From Dehalococcoidia bacterium (GTDB taxonomy: Bacteria; Chloroflexota; Dehalococcoidia; Lucifugimonadales; UBA3495): a stretch of DNA of 64,000 bases. The DNA lies in NCBI GenBank assembly GCA_965219925.1, contig OZ244795.1, positions 4,165,049-4,229,048 of the forward strand, read 5' to 3'. The first letter of the stretch is position 1; every line of letters begins with the position of its first letter. Below, one piece after another: positions 1-9,215 of the stretch. The notes under the pieces were generated by a model. That model saw nothing but the letters and a program-made list of their open reading frames with translations, was not told the DNA's origin and made no database searches. The position numbers and the translations under genes were made by a program.

Positions 1-1
1 C

Positions 2-526
2 CACTACATCGGCGGGCTGCTGCTGCACGCGCCGGCGCTGATGGCCTTTGCCGCGCCGACGACGAACAGCTACAAGCGGCTGGTGCCCGGCTTCGAGGCT
101 CCGGTGAACCTGGTGTACTCGGTGCGGAACCGTTCGGCGTGCATCCGCATTCCCACATACTCGAACAGCCCGGCGGCGCGGCGGCTGGAATTCCGGGCGC
201 CCGACCCGTCGTGCAACCCCTACCTGGCGTTCGCCGCCATGCTGATGGCGGGCATCGACGGCGTCATCAACGAGATTGAACCGCCGGACCCGGTGGACCA
301 GAACCTCTATGAAATGTCGGCGGCGGAGCTGTCGGCCATCCGTCAGGTTCCCGGCTCGCTGGAGGAGGCGCTGGGCGCGCTGGAACGGGACAACGAGTTC
401 CTGATGCGCGGCGGTGTGTTCACCGACGACCTGCTGGAGACCTGGCTGGAGTCCAAGAAGGTGGACGTGGATGACCTGCGCCTGCGCCCGCATCCCTACG
501 AATTCTTCAAGTATTTCGACGCCTAG
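2..526 (+). CDS. glnA: glutamine synthetase type I, C-terminal part (5' end lies outside the window)
   Basis: Frame is open from the window edge. Translation carries GS C-terminal motifs [23 protein letters not shown] and [20 protein letters not shown]. Confidence 0.9.
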   Translation, partial: HYIGGLLLHAPALMAFAAPTTNSYKRLVPGFEAPVNLVYSVRNRSACIRIPTYSNSPAARRLEFRAPDPSCNPYLAFAAMLMAGIDGVINEIEPPDPVDQNLYEMSAAELSAIRQVPGSLEEALGALERDNEFLMRGGVFTDDLLETWLESKKVDVDDLRLRPHPYEFFKYFDA

Positions 527-608
527 TCCGGCTTGGTATAATTGCCATACACCGAAACAGTAGGGGCGAATGATTATTCGCCCCTACGCCCCGCTGAGCA
601 GGAGTGCG

Positions 609-968
609 ATGATGGCAAAGTACGAAGTGGTGCTGGTCAAATACCCGGACTTCGAATACCCGGACAACCTCTGGTGGACGGCAGTCTGCCTGGCCATGCG
701 CGGCTGCGTCTCCGACGGCCAAACCCAAGAGGAAGCGCTGATGATGATTGCTGATGCGATGGCGTCATATTTGGAAGAGGGGCCGGGATGGAAGGCGAAG
801 ATTTTCGACGCAGAGCAGACAGAGTCGGAGAAAGAAGTAACACTTGCCGAGTGCAAAGAGGAAGGCGGGATTACCGAAGTGCATTGGGTTGAACCTCGGT
901 TTATGACGGAAGAAGAAATTCGCGATAATCACCGGCATCTTGAGCCTATCGAATCTCCAACCACCTGA
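609..968 (+). CDS. hicB: HicB-family antitoxin (UPF0150-like)
   Basis: MAKYEVVLVKYPD...WTAVCLAMRGCVSDGQTQEEALMMIADAM resembles the HicB N-terminal fold. An RBS-like GCAGGAG lies upstream of the ATG at 609/612. The stop overlaps the hicA start (TGATG). Confidence 0.8.
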   Translation: MMAKYEVVLVKYPDFEYPDNLWWTAVCLAMRGCVSDGQTQEEALMMIADAMASYLEEGPGWKAKIFDAEQTESEKEVTLAECKEEGGITEVHWVEPRFMTEEEIRDNHRHLEPIESPTT

Positions 969-1228
969 TGCCACCGTATTTCCGCAACCTGAGTACGGCG
1001 GAAGTGCTGTCCGCTTTCCTGCGGCTCGGCTTCCGGCCAGAAGGCAGCGGACGAGGCTCTCACAACAAGTTCATCCATGACCGACTGGGTTTATTGGTGC
1101 ATATCCACCGGCACCGGGGCAACATCCCGCAAGGTACAGTAACCAAGATGGTTCGCAGGTCCGGAGTTAGCGACGCAGAGTTTCTGGCAACGCTCAACGG
1201 AAACATTCCACCCAGATTCCGAAACTGA
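968..1228 (+). CDS. hicA: HicA-family mRNA interferase toxin
   Basis: 86 aa with LRLGFRPEGSGRGSHNKFIH, typical of HicA/YcfA. It is translationally coupled to the upstream hicB. Confidence 0.85.
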   Translation: MPPYFRNLSTAEVLSAFLRLGFRPEGSGRGSHNKFIHDRLGLLVHIHRHRGNIPQGTVTKMVRRSGVSDAEFLATLNGNIPPRFRN

Positions 1229-1298
1229 CGACAGAAAGGAGATTGATTATGGCGTTCGATCCGCTCCACGAGTCCTTTCATCTAGGAGACCTTACCTG

Positions 1299-2636
1299 AT
1301 GACCGATAATCATGCTGCCGAGCGCGAGTATGTTCTGCGCAGCGCCCGCGACTTCGATGTCAAATTCATACGCCTGTGGTTTACCGATATTCTGGGCCAC
1401 CTGAAGGGGTTTGCCATAACGGTTGACGATCTGGAAGATGCCCTTGAACTGGGGGTTGGCTTCGATGGAGCGGCAATCGAAGGCTACTCGCGGGAAGAGG
1501 AAAGCGATATGCGGGCGTTCCCCGACCCGACGACGTTTTCCCTGTTGCCGTGGCGACCCCGACGCAACTCGGTGGCGCGCATGTTTTGCGACATTCGCAC
1601 GCCCCGGGGCGAACCGTTCATCGGCGACCCCCGGCAGGTTCTGAAGCGGAACCTGGAAAGGCTGGCGACCATGGGCTACATATATTACGTTGGCCCCGAG
1701 CTGGAGTTTTTCTACCTGAAGGACGCTGAATCGCCGGTACCGCTGGATACCTACGGCTACTACGACCAGCTGTCCAGCCACCCGGCATCCGACCTGCGCC
1801 GCGATACGGTGCTGAACCTGGCCGACATGGGCATTCCGGTTAAATACTCCCACCACGAGGGAGCGCACAGTCAGCACGAAATCGATCTGCAGTACACCGA
1901 CGCGCTGACCATGGCCGACAACGTGATGACCGCGCGATTGGTCATCAAGGAGTTGGCCCAACTGCAGGGTGTGTACGCGTCGTTTATGCCGAAGCCGTTT
2001 ACCGGCAGCAACGGCAGCGGCATGCACACCCACCAGTCCCTGTTTCGCGGCAACACCAACGCGTTCTACGATACCGACGACGATTTCCATCTTTCGGTTA
2101 CGGGCAAGCGGTTCATCGCCGGCCTGCTGCGCCACGCCCCGGAGATTACGCTGGTGACCAACCAGTGGGTAAATTCCTACAAGCGGCTGGTGCCAGGATA
2201 CGAAGCGCCGGTTCACGTTTCCTGGACGGTCTCAAACCGGCTGGACCTGGTGCGCGTGCCATCCTACAAATCCGGTTACGACACGTCGCTGCGGATCGAA
2301 TACCGTGCGCCCGACCCGGCGTGCAACCCTTACCTGGCCTTCAGCGTGTTGCTGGCAGCGGGATTGAAAGGCATAGAGGATGAGTATCCGCTGCCCACAC
2401 CGGTAACCGCCGATGTCGGCTCAATGTCAGTCGAAGAACGCACGGCGCGGGGCATCACCGCGCTGCCCGGAAGCCTGGGCGAAGCGATTGTGTTGGCTGA
2501 GGGCAGTGAACTTCTGCGCCGGACGCTGGGAGATTTCGTGTTCGATTCGCTGCTGCGCAACAAGAAGATGGAGTGGGGGCAGTATCGCTCTACGGTTACC
2601 GATTACGAGATTGCCCGTTATTTGCCGCTGTTGTGA
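1299..2636 (+). CDS. glnA: glutamine synthetase type I (445 aa)
   Basis: Full-length GS. Motifs [54 protein letters not shown] and EYRAPDPACNPYLAF. Confidence 0.95.
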   Translation: MTDNHAAEREYVLRSARDFDVKFIRLWFTDILGHLKGFAITVDDLEDALELGVGFDGAAIEGYSREEESDMRAFPDPTTFSLLPWRPRRNSVARMFCDIRTPRGEPFIGDPRQVLKRNLERLATMGYIYYVGPELEFFYLKDAESPVPLDTYGYYDQLSSHPASDLRRDTVLNLADMGIPVKYSHHEGAHSQHEIDLQYTDALTMADNVMTARLVIKELAQLQGVYASFMPKPFTGSNGSGMHTHQSLFRGNTNAFYDTDDDFHLSVTGKRFIAGLLRHAPEITLVTNQWVNSYKRLVPGYEAPVHVSWTVSNRLDLVRVPSYKSGYDTSLRIEYRAPDPACNPYLAFSVLLAAGLKGIEDEYPLPTPVTADVGSMSVEERTARGITALPGSLGEAIVLAEGSELLRRTLGDFVFDSLLRNKKMEWGQYRSTVTDYEIARYLPLL

Positions 2637-2643
2637 TGGGATG

Positions 2644-2744
2644 GCCCTCACCCTGAGCCTCCTCAAACAGGGAGGAGAGATTTCACCCTTACCCCCATAT
2701 CGAGTACGGGGCAGGCTCTAGCCCTCTTCCATCAAGGGAGAGGG
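2644..2744. repeat. copies of the CCCTCACCC...CCCTCTYCC-N-GGGAGAGGG palindromic repeat family
   Basis: ccctcaccctgagcctcctcaaacagggaggagag and tcacccttaccccc...ccctcttccatcaagggagagggg. The same family recurs at 3565, 19548, 26688, 33550, 35990 and 63449. Confidence 0.7.
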
Positions 2745-2770
2745 GATTAGCTTTTTCTGGAGGGAGTAGG

Positions 2771-3535
2771 ATGCAGTTTTCCGGCAAGCTGGTTATCATC
2801 GCCGCGCTGGCGGTGACGGTGTTGCTCGCCAGCAACATCATTGCCATCAAGCCGGTTACGCTGTTTGAACTGCCGTTCAACCTCATTGGCAGCAATCTCT
2901 TTGTGGTGTCGGCAGCCATCGTCTGCTTCCCGGTCGGGTACATCATCAGTGACATTCTGACCGAAGTGTATGGATTTCGGGTGGCCCGCGGCGTTATCTG
3001 GCTGGGGTTTGTGTGCAACCTGCTGATGGTTGTGCTGTTCTGGGTGGGGAACATCATCCCCGGCGCAGTGTTCTGGGAAGACCAGGCGTCTTATGAGAGC
3101 ATTCTGGGCGCCACCACCTGGATCCTGTTAGGCTCATTCGTGGCCTACATCGTCGGCGAGTTCGTCAACGCGGCGGTGATGGTCATTCTGAAGAATCGAA
3201 CCCAGGGCAGGATGCTGTGGCTGCGGACCATATCGTCCACCATCGTGGGGCAGGGCATAGACTCGATACTGTTTTTTACCATCGCGTTCGGCTTTTCCGG
3301 TTTGTGGGTCACCGAAAGCGGTTCGTGGGCGCCGGTGTTCAACGCGGCGGTGTGCGCCTGGATCGCCAAATCGCTGTACGAAATCGCAGCTACACCGCTG
3401 ACCTACCTGGTGGTGGGCTGGCTAAAGCGCACCGAACAGATGGACGCGTACGATGCGCCCCGCTCGCTGAATCCTTTTGGCGTCTTCGGCGGCGGCCCCG
3501 ATGTCAACGCGGCGACGGCCAACGCCGCCGATTAG
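2771..3535 (+). CDS. YhhQ/VUT-family membrane protein (putative queuosine-precursor transporter)
   Basis: Polytopic 254-aa protein with FPVGYIISDILTEVYGFRVARGVIWLGF and STIVGQGIDSILFF, both typical of the YhhQ/DUF165 family. Confidence 0.75.
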   Translation: MQFSGKLVIIAALAVTVLLASNIIAIKPVTLFELPFNLIGSNLFVVSAAIVCFPVGYIISDILTEVYGFRVARGVIWLGFVCNLLMVVLFWVGNIIPGAVFWEDQASYESILGATTWILLGSFVAYIVGEFVNAAVMVILKNRTQGRMLWLRTISSTIVGQGIDSILFFTIAFGFSGLWVTESGSWAPVFNAAVCAWIAKSLYEIAATPLTYLVVGWLKRTEQMDAYDAPRSLNPFGVFGGGPDVNAATANAAD

Positions 3536-3785
3536 TTCGGCTGATGTGTGTAAGAGAGGACGGCGGCCCTCACCCTGGCCCGCCCCCAGAGGGAGATGGG
3601 AGCGCCAAACGAAGGTTTGCGCCGTTGGGGAATTTACGCGGCAGCGGGTTGCCCTGGCATGGCTGGACGGCAGTGATTCTACGCAACATTTGGCGTCGGG
3701 TGTTTCCGCCTCGGGGTTGCTGCGGGAACTACGGACAGCCGGGCTGTTGACGGCGGTAGGTTGGGCCGGCGTGTTCGGCTAGCGG

Positions 3786-3998
3786 CTACAGCAAATCCCT
3801 GAACTCACTCACGGTGAGACCGGCTTGGACTATGATTCCACCCATCGTATAGGCATAGATGGGATTGTTGCGTGGAATCACCAAGTCCACCTCCCCGTTG
3901 GTCATTATCACGTGGCGGCTCTGCCGTTCAATCCGGAATCCAACCCTCATGAAAGCTCTAATGGCTCTTTGGTGGTTGATGCCGGGGCAACGGGGCAT
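3786..3998 (-). CDS. hicA: HicA-family toxin
   Basis: 70 aa with AIRAFMRVGFRIERQSRHVIM...VIPRNNPI. Lies directly downstream of hicB on the minus strand. Confidence 0.85.
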   Translation of the reverse strand: MPRCPGINHQRAIRAFMRVGFRIERQSRHVIMTNGEVDLVIPRNNPIYAYTMGGIIVQAGLTVSEFRDLL

Positions 3999-4244
3999 CT
4001 ATACCGGCACTTGAATCTCACGCAACTCGACCTGAAACCCCGACCGTTGTCCCTCATCGAGGATTTGTTCCTTGCGCAGAGTGGCTCTATCGGAAACGTA
4101 ATCGAGATATTCCGAGATGGCAGAGCGGATATTCTCTATCGCTTCTTCCGGGGTGGCGCCTTGTGACCAACACGCGGGCAAGGCCGGACAATGGACCGCA
4201 TAACCTTCGTCAGATTCGATGAGGACGACTTCGTATTTCATCAA
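3999..4244 (-). CDS. hicB: HicB-family antitoxin
   Basis: MMKYEVVLIESDEGYAVHCPALPACWSQGATPEEAIENIRSAI is the classic UPF0150/HicB N-terminal domain. Confidence 0.85.
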   Translation of the reverse strand: MMKYEVVLIESDEGYAVHCPALPACWSQGATPEEAIENIRSAISEYLDYVSDRATLRKEQILDEGQRSGFQVELREIQVPV

Positions 4245-4474
4245 TTAACTCCGCAATTAAATCCGCTGCAGGCCTCGCCGGCTTTGATCGTTGGTTGCTG
4301 GTAGCGTAGCACAGTCCAAACGCGATTGTCCGCCGCAAACTGTCAATGTGTCAGGAAGGCCCTTATTGCAATCTCTCGCAACGAGGGGAGAGGCTAAACG
4401 GCCGTCGGTGCAGGGAAAGGCTGCGTTATAATACGCGCACACCGCTGCTAGCGTTACGCAATGGGGAGACCGCT

Positions 4475-5188
4475 ATGACTACCCCGAAGCCCAAAATCCA
4501 CCCGGCGCCTGATTACTGGGAGCCTTTCCCTGACCACGAGCGTGTACACAAAGATATGTTGCAGTCCCCTACCATCAACGACTTGCGGGAAAGACTTCAC
4601 ATGATTTTGGCTCCGGGGGCACATTTCCCCTGGCATCCCACTAACCTGGTTAGCGACGAAGTTCCCGTGTACTATGCCAACACCGACCCGGCCACGGGAC
4701 GCACCCCTTACGTTGTTCCGGACACGCTCGTTGTGCTGGGCATTGACACTCAGGCAGTTTGGGACCGGAACGGGTATGACCTGCGGCAGGTTGGCAAGCC
4801 GCCGGATTTCGTGATGGAGGTTGCATCCCATACTACGTATCTGAGGGACACTGTCGAAAAGCGGGAGATTTACCGGGAGATGGGAGTTCCCGAGTACTGG
4901 CGGTTTGACCCTTCTGGTGGGAATCACTTTGGGCAGCCCATTATCGGTGAGGGGCTGGTCAATGGCATTTATGAGCAGTTCCCGGTAATGGGTTATGCCG
5001 ACGGAGCCATCGAGTCAACCAGCGCGCTACTGAACCTGGATTTCCGTTGGGGAAGCGGACGCTTCCGGATACACGACCCGGCGACCGGGGCAGAATACGA
5101 AAACCCGCGGGAAGCCAATGATAATCTGCAGGCGGAGATAGCGCGGCTGCGGGACGAAAACCGGCGACTGCGCGGCGACGTCCCGTAG
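4475..5188 (+). CDS. Uma2-family (DUF820) putative endonuclease
   Basis: PDFVMEVAS...KREIYREMGVPEYWRFDP matches the Uma2 core. The ATG at 4475 was chosen over the longer ORF-track start. Confidence 0.8.
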   Translation: MTTPKPKIHPAPDYWEPFPDHERVHKDMLQSPTINDLRERLHMILAPGAHFPWHPTNLVSDEVPVYYANTDPATGRTPYVVPDTLVVLGIDTQAVWDRNGYDLRQVGKPPDFVMEVASHTTYLRDTVEKREIYREMGVPEYWRFDPSGGNHFGQPIIGEGLVNGIYEQFPVMGYADGAIESTSALLNLDFRWGSGRFRIHDPATGAEYENPREANDNLQAEIARLRDENRRLRGDVP

Positions 5189-5229
5189 TGCTTTTAGTGA
5201 ATCAGACCGGACGACAAGGAGCGGATTCC

Positions 5230-5937
5230 ATGCAAGCTGAACAGCGCAGGGTGGCCGGCGACGGCCTGCATTACATGTTGATATTCCCCGACGACTACGA
5301 CGCCGACGCATCTTATCCCCTGGTGGTGCTGCTGCATGGTTTCGGCGCCAACATGCAGGACCTGGCGAGCCTGGCCCCGTCGATCAACCGCAAGGGCTAC
5401 GTGTACGCCTGTCCCAACGCGCCGATTCCCTTTGAGCTGGGGCCGGGGATGATCGGTTACGGCTGGCATCCGCCGAGGGGTCAGGCCACGGACGAAGACT
5501 ACGCGGAGGCGGAAGGATTGTTGGATGACTTTTTCGCCGAAGTCCTGAAGGAATTCGGAGCCGACGATGGCCGCGCGATGCTGTTGGGATTCTCCCAGGG
5601 TGGTGGCATGACCTACCGGATGGGGTTGGCCCGCCCCGACAAGTTCGCGGCCATTATTGCCCTGAGCGCGTCGCTGCCGGATCCGGAAATACTGCGACCT
5701 CGACTGCCCAACCACCGCAACCAGCCGGTTTTCGTCGCCCACGGGGCGTATGACCAGATGGTGTCGATGGACAGCGCCCGGCGCACGCGGGAGTTTCTCA
5801 ACGAAGAGGGTTACACGCTGTCTTATAATGAGTACAACATGGGTCATGAGATACCCGTGGAGGTGCTGCGCGACATGGTTCCCTGGATGGAAACCGCCGT
5901 GCCCCCGCTGGTGGCGGAAACGGATCGGATTTTTTAG
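5230..5937 (+). CDS. alpha/beta hydrolase, phospholipase/carboxylesterase family
   Basis: LVVLLHGFGANMQDL and the nucleophile elbow GFSQGGGM, plus AHGAYDQMV and GHEIP. An AAGGAG RBS precedes the ATG at 5230. Confidence 0.8.
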   Translation: MQAEQRRVAGDGLHYMLIFPDDYDADASYPLVVLLHGFGANMQDLASLAPSINRKGYVYACPNAPIPFELGPGMIGYGWHPPRGQATDEDYAEAEGLLDDFFAEVLKEFGADDGRAMLLGFSQGGGMTYRMGLARPDKFAAIIALSASLPDPEILRPRLPNHRNQPVFVAHGAYDQMVSMDSARRTREFLNEEGYTLSYNEYNMGHEIPVEVLRDMVPWMETAVPPLVAETDRIF

Positions 5938-5950
5938 GAGAACGGAAGGT

Positions 5951-5980
5951 TTTTACATCGATGCACAGGATTGACAGGAT
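5951..5980 (+). repeat. left 30-bp inverted repeat flanking the GxxExxY gene
   Basis: ttttacatcgatgcacaggattgacaggat. Its reverse complement occurs at 6371-6400 with 28/30 matches. Confidence 0.85.
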
Positions 5981-5983
5981 TAT

Positions 5984-6349
5984 ATGCTGCATTCCGAATT
6001 GACTAAGGAGATAATAGGGTGTGCGTTTGCGGTACTGAATGAGCTTGGAACGGGCTTTTTGGAATCAGTTTATGAGAAGGCGATGGTAGTTGCCCTTTCA
6101 GAAGTTGGGATTCCCGTTCAAATCCAAGCGCCCATCAATGTGAACTTTCGCGGGAAATCGGTTGGGGATTTCTACGCGGATTTGTTGGTCTCCAAAAAGG
6201 TGATTGTAGAGTTGAAGGCAGTCTCAAACCTCACCCAGCAGCATAAAGCCCAAGTGATCAATTACTTGAACGCTACTGGAATCCCAGTAGGATTGCTCCT
6301 CAATTTCGGAAATTCCAGGCTAGAGTTCCAACGCTTTACACGATCCTGA
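5984..6349 (+). CDS. GxxExxY protein (PD-(D/E)XK-like small nuclease family)
   Basis: 121 aa containing GFLESVYEKA (G-x-x-E-x-x-Y), then DLLV...VIVELKAV and QVINYL. Lower GC than its flanks. Confidence 0.85.
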   Translation: MLHSELTKEIIGCAFAVLNELGTGFLESVYEKAMVVALSEVGIPVQIQAPINVNFRGKSVGDFYADLLVSKKVIVELKAVSNLTQQHKAQVINYLNATGIPVGLLLNFGNSRLEFQRFTRS

Positions 6350-6370
6350 ACGCACGCGTTCTCCACCCAC

Positions 6371-6400
6371 ATCCTGTCTATCCTGTTCATCGATGTAAAA
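6371..6400 (-). repeat. right 30-bp inverted repeat flanking the GxxExxY gene
   Basis: atcctgtctatcctgttcatcgatgtaaaa is the reverse complement of ttttacatcgatgaacaggatagacaggat. Confidence 0.85.
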
Positions 6401-6427
6401 TTCCATTTTTGTGGAGGTACTATCACT

Positions 6428-7354
6428 ATGAAAGCTACTACCAGGTTGCGCCAGATGCTGGCTTCCGACCAGTTGATTGTTGCTCCGTTCGTCTTGAATG
6501 CGCTGCACGCCCGCATCGCTGAGGACGTGGGACACCACGCGGTTTATATGACCGGGGCCGGCACTGCCGCCGAACGTGGGTTCCCCGACGTTGGCCTGAT
6601 TACCATGACCGAAATGGTGTCCAACGCCAAGTACATTGCCGACGCAGTGAACATCCCGGTGATTTGCGATGCGGATACCGGTTACGGCAATCCTCTCAAC
6701 GTGCATCGCACGGTGCGGGAGTATGAGTCCGCCGGAGTGGCGGCCATTCACCTGGAGGACCAGGTATTCCCCAAGAAGTGTGGCTTTTTCGCCGGTAAAC
6801 AGGTTGTGCCAATTGCCGACCACGTGCAGAAGATTCACGCCGCGCTGGATGCCCGCACCGACCCCGACTTTGTGATCATCGCCCGCTGCGATGCCTACGC
6901 CGTGAACGGTTGGGAAGATACCGTGGAGCGCTGCCGGGCCTACGCGGAGGCGGGGGCCGACCTGGTGTTCGTGGACGGCATCAAGTCGCAGGACGACATA
7001 CAGCGGTACGCCGCCGACCTGGGTGACGTGCCCAGGATGTACAACGGCGACCTGGCCACCACGCAGACTATGCAGGACCTGGGTTATAAAATCATGATCT
7101 GCGGCAGTACCATCTGGCTCATCTACAAGCAGGTACGGGCCGCCTACGAGGAGTTGATGACCGACGGCATGGTCGATCCGGATCGGTACGGCACCCGCTG
7201 GGATGTAGCCTCGGTGCTGGGCCTGGACGCCGTCTACGAGCTGGAGAAGAAATACGGAGTGCAGGACGTGGGCACGGACGTGGCGGCTTTGGCCGCTGCC
7301 CAGGCGGCTCAGATGGCAGCCGACGCGGCGGTTCCCGCACCAGCCGATGACTGA
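6428..7354 (+). CDS. isocitrate lyase/PEP mutase family protein (methylisocitrate lyase / carboxyvinyl-carboxyphosphonate phosphorylmutase-like)
   Basis: CDADTGYGNPLNV and AAIHLEDQVFPKKCG motifs. GGAGG RBS upstream. Confidence 0.85.
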   Translation: MKATTRLRQMLASDQLIVAPFVLNALHARIAEDVGHHAVYMTGAGTAAERGFPDVGLITMTEMVSNAKYIADAVNIPVICDADTGYGNPLNVHRTVREYESAGVAAIHLEDQVFPKKCGFFAGKQVVPIADHVQKIHAALDARTDPDFVIIARCDAYAVNGWEDTVERCRAYAEAGADLVFVDGIKSQDDIQRYAADLGDVPRMYNGDLATTQTMQDLGYKIMICGSTIWLIYKQVRAAYEELMTDGMVDPDRYGTRWDVASVLGLDAVYELEKKYGVQDVGTDVAALAAAQAAQMAADAAVPAPADD

Positions 7355-7384
7355 CGCGGCGGCGTGGCGCAAGGAGCCCGGGCG

Positions 7385-7774
7385 GTGAACAACCGCTACC
7401 AACTGCTGTACGACGGCGCGTGTCCGGTGTGCAGTCGGGAGGTGCTGTGGCTGTACCGCCGCCGTCCGGACGCCATCGAAGCGGTTGATATTTCGTTGGA
7501 GGGTTTTGACGCCGCGGCCTACGGCCTTACAGTTGAACAGGTGGACGGCGCCCTGTACGGCATCCGGCCCGACGGCGGTGTTACGGTGGGCATGGACAGC
7601 TTGCGCGAGGCTTACCGACTCGGCGGCCTGGGCTGGCTGGTTGCCTGGACGGGCTGGTGGCCGGCGCGTCCGGTATTCGATGCCCTGTATCGCGGTTTCG
7701 CCCGCAACCGTATGCGCATCGGGCGGCTGCTGGGGCGTGGCAACGACGACTGCGGCGACGGCTGCCGGTTTTGA
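7385..7774 (+). CDS. DCC-family thiol-disulfide oxidoreductase (DUF393)
   Basis: N-terminal LLYDGACPVCSREV (DxxCxxC). A GTG at 7385 after AAGGAG is the preferred start; the ORF track starts at 7364. Confidence 0.7.
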   Translation: MNNRYQLLYDGACPVCSREVLWLYRRRPDAIEAVDISLEGFDAAAYGLTVEQVDGALYGIRPDGGVTVGMDSLREAYRLGGLGWLVAWTGWWPARPVFDALYRGFARNRMRIGRLLGRGNDDCGDGCRF

Positions 7775-7973
7775 AAGCGTTAAAATACTAGAGCGTCAGA
7801 TGTCGTACTCGCAGAGTGCTCCGCCCAACTCTGATTTTATGCTAACTTTGCCCAGGAAATTTGTCAATGCCCTTGTTTTCTATGCGGCGATTCCTAAACT
7901 CCCGCCATGCACAAGAATAGGCCCACCACGTACTCATTGGGGCGGGCCTATTGGCATCTGCCTGACCTCTTGA

Positions 7974-8324
7974 TCACAGCAGAGGTTCAAGCCTATCTAT
8001 GAACATGCCTACCTCATCCAAGCCACTGCTCACCATATCCGCCGACATCCAGTGCTCGTAGAAATTGGCGTGCAGGCTGTTAGCCACATGAAATTCGGTT
8101 CTCGCGCTGTGGTCCTGTGTTTCCCTCGCTGCCTGGTCCACTACCGTAAACAAAGCCCCGTGGCCCTTGTGCTCCCAGCCTCGTTGTTCAGCCACAGCTT
8201 TGACCATCTGCGCCGCTGCACCCCAGCCTTTTTCGGACGCCTGCCGCACGTCTCCCGCCGCCAATTCGTCCCTTGCCTGGGCCAAGAGTTTCCTGCTGGC
8301 CTCGTGGTAAGTTTGCGTGGTCAT
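7974..8324 (-). CDS. PaREP1-family protein
   Basis: ARDELAAGDVRQASEKGWGAAAQMVKAVAEQRGW...SLHANFYEHWMS fits the PaREP1 helical family pattern. The start at MTTQTY (8324) was chosen because the longer ORF runs into the IS terminal repeat. Confidence 0.65.
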   Translation of the reverse strand: MTTQTYHEASRKLLAQARDELAAGDVRQASEKGWGAAAQMVKAVAEQRGWEHKGHGALFTVVDQAARETQDHSARTEFHVANSLHANFYEHWMSADMVSSGLDEVGMFIDRLEPLL

Positions 8325-8355
8325 GCCGATCTCCAATTCCGAATCGCGCCCGAGT

Positions 8356-9179
8356 GGACTAGGCAGTGTTGACATTTGGACTGCGGTACAATCGCGGCAT
8401 GTCGAGTATGACCATACCATCTGACCAATGGGAGAAGATTTTGCAATTCCTGCGGGATTGCCCTGACGTGTACGTTGGCGACGCGGCGGAATGCAAGCGG
8501 TTTGTCGAGGGCGTGCTGTGGATGGATCGCTCCGGGGCGCAGTGGCGACTGCTGCCTGCGGAGTATGGCAACTGGAACACCGTTTACAAACGCTTCGCCC
8601 GCTGGTGCGACCGTGGCGTCTGGGAGCGAATGCACCAGCATTTCAGTAGGGAACCGGACCTGGAGTACCTGGTCATCGACAGTACGGTGGTTCGAGCGCA
8701 CCAGTGCGCTGGGGGAGCCCCCGCAAAAAGGGGGGCAATCAGCGCAAGCCCTGGGCAGAAGCCGCGGCGGGTTCAGCACGAAGGTTCACGTGAGCGTGGA
8801 CGGACTGGGCAACCCCCTGCGGTTCACGCTGACGCCGGGACAGCAGCATGACATCACACAGGCTGCGGCGTTGGTCTCCGGGCACCCGGGTGAATACGTA
8901 ATCGCAGACAAAGGGTATGACGCCCAGAACTTCATCGGGAATTTGGCGGAAGCGGGCATGGTGGCCGTGATCCCCGCCCGATCCAACCGCAAGGAGCCGC
9001 GGGATTACGACAGGTACTTATACCGAGAACGCCACGTGGTAGAGTGTTTCATCGGCAAGATCAAGCACTACCGCAGGATATTTTCCAGGTTTGACAAACT
9101 GGCCAGCCGATACCTGGGCTTTCTGCAATTCGCCGCCTCCCTCATCTGGCTACAATGAAATGTCAACACTACCTAGTCC
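8356..9179 (+). mobile_element. IS5-family insertion sequence (about 0.82 kb)
   Basis: 22-bp terminal inverted repeats: ggactaggcagtgttgacattt at 8356-8377 and aaatgtcaacactacctagtcc at 9158-9179, with 21/22 matches. The transposase lies between them. Confidence 0.85.
8399..9158 (+). CDS. IS5-family DDE transposase in two overlapping frames
   Basis: Frame A reads WEKILQFL...AQWRLLPAEYGNWNTVYKRFARWCDRGVWE...VVRAHQCAGGA. Frame B reads KGGQSAQALGRSRGGFSTKVH...ADKGYD...YRERHVVECFIGKIKHYRRIFSRFDK. The frames meet at the A5G6 run 8725-8735, and a +1 change is needed to join them. Confidence 0.8.
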
Positions 9180-9215
9180 GCGCTGGTATAATTATGGCCG
9201 TTCCGACGGCGTTGA

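Noticed and set aside
2637-2770. preQ1 riboswitch upstream of the YhhQ-like transporter
   Set aside because: The leader consists of the genome-wide palindromic repeats. I could not find the conserved preQ1-I/II core (the ...CCC..UAAAAAACUA-like tail), so it was not called.
7916-7955. Hairpin aataggcccacc...ggcgggcctatt as a terminator for the PaREP1 gene
   Set aside because: The stem is imperfect, the loop is long, and there is no convincing U-tract in the required orientation. It was left uncalled.
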